Assembly (NCBI GenBank): GCA_963804995.1
Contig: CAWDSK010000006.1
Coordinates: 1,152,001 to 1,216,000, forward strand
Direction: 5' to 3'
DNA from: an uncultured Acidobacteriota bacterium
Lineage (GTDB): Bacteria > Acidobacteriota > Terriglobia > UBA7540
Length of the DNA: 64,000 nucleotides
The notes beneath the pieces were generated by a model. The model made no database searches. It saw only the letters and a list, made by a program, of their open reading frames with translations, and had not been told where the DNA came from. This document shows positions 19,333-27,350 of this stretch, piece after piece; the stretch's first letter is position 1; every line of letters starts with the position of its first letter. The position numbers were made by a program, and so were the translations under genes.

Positions 19333-20065
19333 ACAAGAATACTCTATGACGAACCCACGGTCAATTCCCAAGACGAATTGGCCGTGGCCACCTCCGGGTC
19401 ACACAACCTCAGGCGCCGATCGAACGGGTGAATGCAATCACGAGATGTAGGGGTAGGGCTCCCGACTTCGCCGGGACAGGTTGCCCTACCCGGCGTTCCG
19501 CAGGGTGAATGCGAAACCAGGGGGCGGGTCGCCGCGGCGACTCCCCCTACGGCGAAGGGCCTTGCGGACGTTGGGGGTAGCGCCGGGACGAGTTCAGGCA
19601 ATTAGTTGCCCCCTCGTTTACGATTTGGGCTACCGGTTGCCCATTCTTACCTATTTTACATTGAATTACACCCAATATCAATGCTACTATGATGGTGAAG
19701 CTCCCAGTGCTAGTAGCTGGGGAGAAGCAATAGGCAGCGAGCGCTTTTTGCGAGTCCCGACTTGTCGGGGCGAGCGCTTTTTGTGAGTCCCGACAAGTCG
19801 GGATAGGCAGCGAGCGCGATTTGCGGGTCCTGGTGGGCCAGGGTGGACAGCACGCTGACTCCTGACTTCTGACTCCCCAACTCTGACTGCTGCACACAGT
19901 TAACTTTAAGCTGTCGGCTGTAAGCTGTCAGCTCTAAAAAGGAGATTCCGGGGAAGTCCGTCGCGTCACCAACCTGCTTCTGAAAATCATGCGCCGAGAG
20001 CTCAAAAAGGAGCCCGTGGGAGCAGGCAAAGAGGATCATCAAAGCCATGATGCGCGATTATTTAC

Positions 20066-20094
20066 TTGACAAAAGTAATTCACTTTAGTACAAT
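20066..20094 (+). promoter_or_regulatory. Inward sigma70 promoter whose -35 lies in the left TIR
   Basis: TTGACA-17nt-TACAAT. Confidence 0.75.
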
Positions 20095-20252
20095 TTCTCG
20101 CATGAGAGATAAGGCTCATTTCTCGTTCGACTTAGAGGTTGAGGCGGTCTCCTTAATCTGCTGTTTCAAGTCCTTTTTGATAGACGCCAAGAGTTTGCGT
20201 GTCGGAACTCTTTTGAGTAGCGCCTTTCTACCTTTCTCCATGCGAGGCTCCT

Positions 20253-21149
20253 ATGACGCTAGTTGATGTAAATACTCTCTTTCCGACGGAAGATAAATGC
20301 CGAGAGTTGCTGGTCCGACTTCGCTGGCCTAATGGCCCCGAGTGTCCACGTTGCAAGGCGAAGGTCGTAGAACTGGAAACTGAAAAGCAACTCTTCTACT
20401 GTAAAGACTGTGATTATCAATTCTCCGTAACCGCTGGCACGATCTTCAATGATTCTCACCTTCCGCTGGTCAAGTGGTTTATTGTAACTCTCCTGCTCTG
20501 CGAGGCAAAGAAAGGTATATCCGCCTGTCAGATTCAACGGACCCTCGGAATCAGTTACAAGACCGCATGGTATCTCTGTCATCGCATTCGCGCCGCGATG
20601 AAGGAAGTTGAGCAGCAGATGCTTGATGGAACCATTGAGATGGATGAAACCTTTATTGGCGGAAAGAAAAAGAACGTCTCGATGGCAGAAGCGAGAGAGT
20701 CCAAAGAGATCGTCATAGGGCTCCGCAAGCGCGCCGGGGAACTTCGATTCTTTCATTCCAAGGATGTGAAATCTGGGACGCTCGCGCAGTTCATCAAAGA
20801 CAACATCTCTGAGGATTTCGATGTGTTGATGACGGACGATTTCGCGGCCTATCCTGCTGCGGTCAAAAAGGCTAAGATCGACCCCAGTCAGCATCACACC
20901 ATCAACCACAGCAAGAAGGTGTATGCTGTCGGCGACACTCACACCAATACCATCGAGAATGCATTCTCTCTTTTGAAGCGCGGTATCCGAGGCGCTTGGC
21001 ATCATCTCAGTGCAAAACATCTGCTTTCTTACCTCGATGAAATGGCCTTCCGATTCAACAGGCGTAACTCCGAGGTGCTCTTTCTCGATACGCTGCGCCA
21101 CATGATTACTGCTCCGGTTCTGACTTTCAAGAAGTTGACGGTGGCGTAG
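20253..21149 (+). CDS. IS1595-family DDE transposase
   Basis: RWPNGPECPRC...CKDC zinc ribbon; EMDETFIGG, MTDD, HTNTIE, YLDE..FRFNRR. Confidence 0.96.
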   Translation: MTLVDVNTLFPTEDKCRELLVRLRWPNGPECPRCKAKVVELETEKQLFYCKDCDYQFSVTAGTIFNDSHLPLVKWFIVTLLLCEAKKGISACQIQRTLGISYKTAWYLCHRIRAAMKEVEQQMLDGTIEMDETFIGGKKKNVSMAEARESKEIVIGLRKRAGELRFFHSKDVKSGTLAQFIKDNISEDFDVLMTDDFAAYPAAVKKAKIDPSQHHTINHSKKVYAVGDTHTNTIENAFSLLKRGIRGAWHHLSAKHLLSYLDEMAFRFNRRNSEVLFLDTLRHMITAPVLTFKKLTVA

Positions 21150-22260
21150 GTTCGACAAGATTGACCCAACCCGGCTTGGCCAGACTTTGAATTTTAGAGA
21201 CCTTGCCGATCACCTGATTTTCAGCGCCACAATCTACACATTTTAGTGTGGCTGGCTCCGTATCCTTGCCGGGATTGGCCAGCATGTATTCATAGAGGCC
21301 GTTGCAGTTTCGGCATCTAAGCATAAGCGGCTTCCCTAAGACGTATTGCCTTGCGTCCTCCAATCGATCCCTAAACTCCTTGACCCGCTCGGGATCGTGC
21401 TCGTACTTTCCGCTTCCGTCAGCGAAAATTGTTGTTATTCCAGGCGGACGACGCGGATACGGGTCATTAGTGCTGATGATCTCCTCCCATGTTAGCTTTT
21501 CCATCGTCCTGTCGATATGCTGCTTGTGCAGATTTTCCGCAGCCCTTGAAAAGTTATCCAACAACTCCTTTAGCTGGCTTGAATTAATGCTCGTGTCGGC
21601 ACACGCCAAGAATACTTTGCTCACCCACTCTTCATACTCGGCAAGCCGGTCTCTCATCAATTGAATATACTTTTGCGGTTCAGTCCAGATGCCATTTCCA
21701 CGGATGATGGCAATGTTGAATGGACTGCGGACATAATTGGACGTTGCCTCAGCCAAAGTCAAAAGATAGATTCCAGCGAGTATCCCCTGCTGGATTGTCA
21801 TCCCAGGCGTCCAAAATCTGTTCATCGTTTCTTTGTACAGAGATTCTCCATGCCCAGTCAGTTCGTGGTCATCGAAGGGACAAAGCGTAGAATTCTGAGT
21901 GATCCAAGCGTTGTACTCGTTGCTTCTGGGGCAACATAAACCCACGATGAACTGCGACCTGTCTGCGCCTGGGTTGGCGTCGATATGCGCCTGTAGCTCT
22001 TCCTCAAAAATCCTCACGAAAGCCGCAAGCGAATCGGCAGATTCTCCGCTTAGTCTCCTCCGCAACTTTTCTATAAACGAGACAATGAATGGCGTATCAC
22101 CAGAGCCAGCTAAAATCACCTTGTAGTTGCCCATTTGCTCTGGATCAACCTTAAGGACTGTCCTTCGATATTCAATGCCGTCATCGCCGGTTACTGTCTC
22201 CTGCGAGTCGGCATGGATCACAATGCTATCGGAAAGACGCCATGCGGCTATGAGGGTCAC
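21127..22260 (-). CDS. Proteasome beta-subunit-like Ntn-hydrolase with C-terminal zinc ribbon (IS passenger)
   Basis: GTG start gives (M)TLIAAW...IHADSQ with Thr1/Asp17 spacing, LK, LAGSGD; CRNC...CVDC at the C-terminus. Confidence 0.7.
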   Translation of the reverse strand: MTLIAAWRLSDSIVIHADSQETVTGDDGIEYRRTVLKVDPEQMGNYKVILAGSGDTPFIVSFIEKLRRRLSGESADSLAAFVRIFEEELQAHIDANPGADRSQFIVGLCCPRSNEYNAWITQNSTLCPFDDHELTGHGESLYKETMNRFWTPGMTIQQGILAGIYLLTLAEATSNYVRSPFNIAIIRGNGIWTEPQKYIQLMRDRLAEYEEWVSKVFLACADTSINSSQLKELLDNFSRAAENLHKQHIDRTMEKLTWEEIISTNDPYPRRPPGITTIFADGSGKYEHDPERVKEFRDRLEDARQYVLGKPLMLRCRNCNGLYEYMLANPGKDTEPATLKCVDCGAENQVIGKVSKIQSLAKPGWVNLVEPTPPSTS

Positions 22261-22314
22261 AGTTCGCCTTCTAGGCCGTCTCCATGGATTCTTTGGAAGC
22301 GGTCTCGGACCCGA

Positions 22315-22343
22315 AGTATATAGACTTCCTGAGCTTTTGTGAA
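22315..22343 (-). promoter_or_regulatory. Inward sigma70 promoter whose -35 lies in the right TIR, driving the passenger gene
   Basis: Minus strand TTCACA-17nt-TATACT. Confidence 0.7.
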
Positions 22344-22784
22344 GTAAATAATCGCGCCATGATGTATTAGAAAACACAGGTACTTAGCGTTAAAATGGCA
22401 GAAATGTCCTAACTGCTATGTTATTGAAATTTAATAAGATAGCTCGTGTCGACAGCGTGGGCGCAGTGAAAAAGGGGGAATTAAAAATGAAGGATGAACC
22501 CATCATGTTGTTGAAAACACATGTAGAAAAAATGTCACTTTTGCGCAAAGCCATTATGTTTATGAAAAATAAGCTAGTTATAATTGTAAAGCCATTATGT
22601 TGATGAAAAGAAATGGGGTTAGCAGTTTTCTTTCAACATGGAGGAGGTTGATCGTGGCAAGCAGAGATGTGAGCAAAGATGCTTTAGCAGTGCTCGGCCT
22701 TGAGGTAGATCTGGCCGTGGTCAAGACGCCAAACGGCCATCCCCCCACCTCAGAGCACTCGCTGATTCTTATCCGCCGGCCGCC

Positions 22785-24120
22785 CACACTCCCCCACATC
22801 GCTTATCGGCGGAAGGCGCCAGGGAAGTGAGCAAAAATGGTCCCGCGACGCCCGTGCTTGACGCAGTGCTGATCGCGGTCGCGACGCCAAAAGACCGGTC
22901 GCGCGATCTCCGAGGTCTCCCTGAATATCCTGCGCCGGCCGCCCACACTCCCCCGCATCGCATATCGGCGGAAGGAGGCAGCGAAGTGAGCAAAAATGGT
23001 CCCGCGACACCAGTTCTTAATACAGGTCCTGCGTGCGGCTCGCCGAGCAACTCGACAACCTGCAAGAATCTCGCCGCGCTGATGGCTCCCCAGGACGAAA
23101 AATCGCTGCTCATGCAAAGAATGGAAGATTCCAACCTGCGGCAATTGTGGCGGCTTACCAACGTGCTTTTTAAGGTCCGCAACGGGGCGCTGACCGTAGA
23201 GATGTTAAAAATGAAGGTCGATCCGGGGATGTGTATGAAAACAAAGGCAAGAATGACAAAATGTCTGGCAATCTAACGGTGTTTTTGCAAGAAAATGCAG
23301 AAATTTCACGGTAATTCACACCTTCGAACGGATTTTTGACAGAAAATGCACCGATTGCGCGGTAATTCGGGGTGATGAAGGGGCGAGAGATGGACGGAAC
23401 TTCTCAACCAGCCGAGCCTGGAGCAGTCCGGAACTGCTTGCCCCCCCTGCCCGTGCCAGCAACCAAGCCCAGACCGAATGCCGCCTGCCTGTGACACACT
23501 TCGCCACATCGGTTATCGGTAGGTTTCTTACGGAACATGAGCTCGAATCGGTGGGAAGTTCGACGTTCGCCGAATCGCCCGATCACCAAATCACGCAAGG
23601 GGCCGATGGCCCGATGACCCAATCGCTCGAATGCCGGACGCCGCCGGCCCACACTCCCCTGCTTCGGTTATCGGCAGCGCCAGGTAGGAAGATGAATCAA
23701 ATGTTGACTTCGAAAATCGCCCATCGCCATTCGCAAATCACCCCCTCACCCCCACCGGGCAAAACGTGGGGCCCCCTTCCCGCCCCGGCTGGTGAGAACG
23801 CCGGCGGCGGTCCACCCTCTTCCGCCGCGGCGGATCTACGACCCCCGAGAGAGGGCTATGAACTTTCGCCCTGGACCGATGATCCGATGAATCAATGGCC
23901 CGATGGCCCGAGGCCCCATGATTCAATCACCCGATTCTCTGACGCGGCCAGCCCACACTCCCCCACATCGGTTATCGGCAGTGTCAGGTAAGAAGATGAA
24001 ACAGATGCTGGCTTCGAAAATCGCAAATCACCAATCGCCATTCGCAAATCAGCCGATCTCTTGCCCCGCTGTGTCACACTACCCCACTTCGGTTATCGGT
24101 GGGTTAGCACTGGGACATGA
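22785..24120. repeat. Six copies of CACACT.CCC..(A/T)TCG..TATCGG(C/T)-N16-(A/G)TGA
   Basis: Cores at 22803, 22962, 23513, 23668, 23972 and 24093. Confidence 0.85.
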
Positions 24121-24391
24121 GGCCACATATCGGCAGGGAGTTTGGCATTCGCTCAACCACCAGATCGCAAAATCACCTAATGACTCAATGGTCGATGATC
24201 AAATCGCCCGGTTTCCTGATGCGGTCGGCGCTACAAAGAAGAGCCGCGGACCTACAGAACAGGTCAGCGCTACGATGGCTGCCTTTCCCGACTTTGTCGG
24301 GACTCGCGCAGTGCGCTCGCTGCCTACTGCTTTCTGCCTTCTGCCTACCACTCCGCCTGCCGCGCACTCCATTTCATGTATAATTCCACCA

Positions 24392-25822
24392 ATGGCAGTG
24401 CATCAAAGCACTCTTACACTCGATTCCGCCTACAGCCGGGAGAAGCAGGCCGTGGCCTTGACCTCCGTGGCGGCGGCCGTCTTGCTCACCGGCATGAAAT
24501 TGGTCGTAGGGATCCTCACTGGAAGCCTGGGAATTCTCTCCGAGGCGATGCACTCCGGCCTGGACCTGGTAGCGGCGGTGATCACTTACCTATCCGTGCG
24601 CGTATCTGACAAGCCCGCCGACCCCCAGCATCCTTTTGGGCACGGCAAAATCGAACACCTTTCCGCCTTCATGGAAACCGGTTTGCTTGTCATCACCTGC
24701 GCGTGGATCATCTGGGAAGCGATGCGGCGGCTCTTCTTCCGCGATGTGCACGTGGAGCCTTCGCTGTGGGCCTTCGGCGTGATGTTCATTTCCATTACGA
24801 TTGACATCTTCCGGTCGCGCGCCCTGTTCCGCGTAGCACGAAAATACAACAGCCAGGCGCTCGAGGCCGACGCGCTGCACTTCTCCACCAACGTCTACAG
24901 CTCAACGGTGGTCATCCTGGGATTGATTCTGGTTTACGTGGCGGATCAGCAGAGCATTCACTGGCTGCGCAAAGCTGACCCGGTGGCGGCGCTGGTGGTG
25001 GCGGGGATCGTAACCTACATCACCCTGCGCCTGGGCAAGAAAACCGTGGATGCGCTGGTCGACGCTGCGCCTACCGGCTCGACTTCACGGATTGCCGAAG
25101 CGGTCAAGCGCGTCGCCGGCGTGCTCAGTCTCGACCGTATCCGCACGCGGGAGAGTGGCAGCCGGCTGTTCGTGGATTTGCGCTTGACCCTGGCCAGCAA
25201 CATCTCACTTGAGCACGCCAAGTCCGTCGCCGACGTGGTGGAATCAGAGGTGCACCGCCTGTTTCCCACCGCCGATGTGGTGATTCATACCACTCCGCAG
25301 GAGCCCTCGGCGCAGGACATCGTGGCGAAAATCCGGGCCGCGGCGCACCGGCGCAACTTCCTGGTCCACGAGGTGACGGCTTACGAGGTGAACGGCCGCG
25401 TCAACGTCTACCTGGACCTGGAAGTTGAGCCCACGCTGCGCCTGGCAGAAGCCCATGACCGCGCGACGCAGCTCGAAAGCGAAATCAAGGAGAATCTGCC
25501 GGAAGTGAATGAAGTGAATGTGCACCTGGAGCCGCTGCTGGTGAAGGTCGAAACTGGGAACGCCGTGCCGCTGGATAACCAGGCGGTGGAACGGAAGCTT
25601 GAGGAGTTGGCGCGGGAGACTCCGGGCGTGCTGAATTGCCACTCCGTTGAAGCGCATCAGGTGGGCGGCAACGTCGTGGTGCGGATGCATTGCACCCTGG
25701 GTCCCGACCTCCCCATTGCCAAAGTGCACGACATCACGGAAATGCTGGAATTTAAATTCCGCCAGGCGTTCCCACAAATCTCCAAAATCAGCATCCACGC
25801 TGAGCCTCAGGATCGGGCGTGA
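24392..25822 (+). CDS. Cation diffusion facilitator transporter with three C-terminal dimerisation domains
   Basis: EAMHSGLD, HPFGHGKIE, ALEADALHF; repeated ZT_dimer-like segments ending V.IH.EP. Confidence 0.93.
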   Translation: MAVHQSTLTLDSAYSREKQAVALTSVAAAVLLTGMKLVVGILTGSLGILSEAMHSGLDLVAAVITYLSVRVSDKPADPQHPFGHGKIEHLSAFMETGLLVITCAWIIWEAMRRLFFRDVHVEPSLWAFGVMFISITIDIFRSRALFRVARKYNSQALEADALHFSTNVYSSTVVILGLILVYVADQQSIHWLRKADPVAALVVAGIVTYITLRLGKKTVDALVDAAPTGSTSRIAEAVKRVAGVLSLDRIRTRESGSRLFVDLRLTLASNISLEHAKSVADVVESEVHRLFPTADVVIHTTPQEPSAQDIVAKIRAAAHRRNFLVHEVTAYEVNGRVNVYLDLEVEPTLRLAEAHDRATQLESEIKENLPEVNEVNVHLEPLLVKVETGNAVPLDNQAVERKLEELARETPGVLNCHSVEAHQVGGNVVVRMHCTLGPDLPIAKVHDITEMLEFKFRQAFPQISKISIHAEPQDRA

Positions 25823-26134
25823 GGACCCGGCCAGGGGGCCGGTTGAATTGTGGATACGGTGCAAATCGTCGATACTCCCAGGACTAGGCGCGAGTGGCGG
25901 GGGGGGTTCGGAGCGGACATAAAGTCCGCATGATTTGCTTCTGCGGGGGCTGGGCCTATACCGGGACAAGCTGACTTAAAGTCGGTGGGCAACGCCGCCT
26001 GGAGGGTGCGGGCTCGGTCGGGGGAAGGTGGGACAAAAACCCTAAAATTGCTCTCCGCGGGGCATAGAAGCCCAGGTCCCACATAAAAACAGGCCTTCGC
26101 TCACGCGTAGGCAAAAAATGTCAGGAGGAGAATC

Positions 26135-26545
26135 ATGCTTCGGATCGCGCCCGCTGCTCTGGTGACAGGGATGATTATGCTCGGGCTGTGCCGCGCCAGC
26201 CTTCCCTGGCAAGAGCCCATGCCCCAGCCACTGACCCTGCCGCTTGCCTGTGTGGGCGGAGATTGTCCCCTGCTGCGAGGCGCGCCGCAGACGGCCGGAA
26301 TGCGCTCGGGTTTCGTTCGCCTGAAGCCCGGCGAAACTGTGGGCTGGCATACGACCGGCAAGAATGAAGAGTCACTGATCGTGCTGCGCGGCCGCGGCGA
26401 AGCGCGCGTCGAAGGTCAACCGCCTCGCGCCTTCGTAGCCCCGGCGCTCGCCTACATTCCGCCCGCGACACGGCACAACGTTGCCAATACCGGCGACGCG
26501 CTTTTGGAATATGTGTACGTGGTTGCGCCCGCCAATCCACGGTGA
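26135..26545 (+). CDS. Secreted cupin-domain protein
   Basis: LKPGETVGWHTT..NEE..IVLRG.G and YIPPATRHNV.NTG motifs; AGGAG RBS. Confidence 0.88.
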   Translation: MLRIAPAALVTGMIMLGLCRASLPWQEPMPQPLTLPLACVGGDCPLLRGAPQTAGMRSGFVRLKPGETVGWHTTGKNEESLIVLRGRGEARVEGQPPRAFVAPALAYIPPATRHNVANTGDALLEYVYVVAPANPR

Positions 26546-26669
26546 GAAAACAAAATCAGGAAAGCGCCGGCGGGTTGCAAGCGGCGGCGAAACACACCAC
26601 ACCCCGCGTTTCCACGGGGCGGTGGTGTGAGACATCAAGTAGGGATTCAGGCGCGACGGGGACTATTAA

Positions 26670-27287
26670 CTAAGGCTTTGTCGCCGGCTTCGGAGTGGTC
26701 GCGGCCGGTTTGGGAGGGGCTGGCCGAGTCGCGGCCGGAGGCGCAGCCACCTCGGGCGCCGGATTCGCGGCGTCGTAACGCTTTACGATCTCCTCCGTAA
26801 TATCCAGATCCGTAGCAGCGTAATAAATCGGGATCTGGGCGCCATCGATCACCATCGAGAAGCCGCTTTGCTTGGCGTATTCTTGGATGACCTTAACCAT
26901 TTTCTGACCAATCCGGCGGATGGCCTCGTCGCGGTCAGTGCCAAAATCAGCCTGGGCATCCTCACTGGAGCGCTTCAAGAGCTTCTGCTTTTCCTCGATA
27001 TCCCGGCCCAAGCGGCGCTGTTCCTCTTCGCTCAGCGTGTTGACACCCTTGGTTAACTGGTCTTGGAGGGCCTGGATCTCCTGCTGAAGGCGCTGCAGTT
27101 CTTGCTGGCGAGGCTGATATTTTTTCGAGAGGTCATCGAAGGCTTTCTTGCCTTCGGCGCTGCGGGCAATCGCCTCCTGAATGTTAATCACCCCAATCTT
27201 ACTACTGGCCGGGCTCTGCGCAGGCACGAGGAGAGGAAATGCCAGGAACGCCAGGAGCACGGTGAGTACAATCAATCGGTTCTTCAT
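26670..27287 (-). CDS. skp: OmpH/Skp periplasmic chaperone
   Basis: Signal peptide, KIGVINIQ.AI, coiled coil, DITEEIVK; directly downstream of bamA. Confidence 0.93.
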   Translation of the reverse strand: MKNRLIVLTVLLAFLAFPLLVPAQSPASSKIGVINIQEAIARSAEGKKAFDDLSKKYQPRQQELQRLQQEIQALQDQLTKGVNTLSEEEQRRLGRDIEEKQKLLKRSSEDAQADFGTDRDEAIRRIGQKMVKVIQEYAKQSGFSMVIDGAQIPIYYAATDLDITEEIVKRYDAANPAPEVAAPPAATRPAPPKPAATTPKPATKP

Positions 27288-27350
27288 TCAAACTCCTTTA
27301 CGAGGGTAAAGTCCAAAATCAAGATTCTATTCCAACTCACTCCCCAGTGT

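Larger units (their letters stand above)
20053..22356 (+). mobile_element. IS1595-family element with passenger gene (2304 bp)
   Basis: 23-bp TIRs at 20053-20075 and 22334-22356 (1 mismatch); 8-bp TSD CCATGATG at 20045-20052 and 22357-22364. Confidence 0.95.

Noticed and set aside
14448..19427. Integron cassette array
   Set aside because: The hairpins lack RYYYAAC/GTTRRRY cores and no IntI is present; they fit GTAG REPs better.
22418..23509. Short ORFs in the AT-rich/repeat region
   Set aside because: They are translations of repeated DNA motifs with no family resemblance or consistent RBS.
22775..24120. CRISPR array
   Set aside because: Spacing is irregular (about 120-550 nt), the repeats are degenerate and no cas genes are present.
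23903..24391. N-terminal extensions of the CDF, VWA (2756-3133) and hydrolase (49561-49758) ORFs
   Set aside because: They translate repeat or intergenic DNA; better starts lie downstream.
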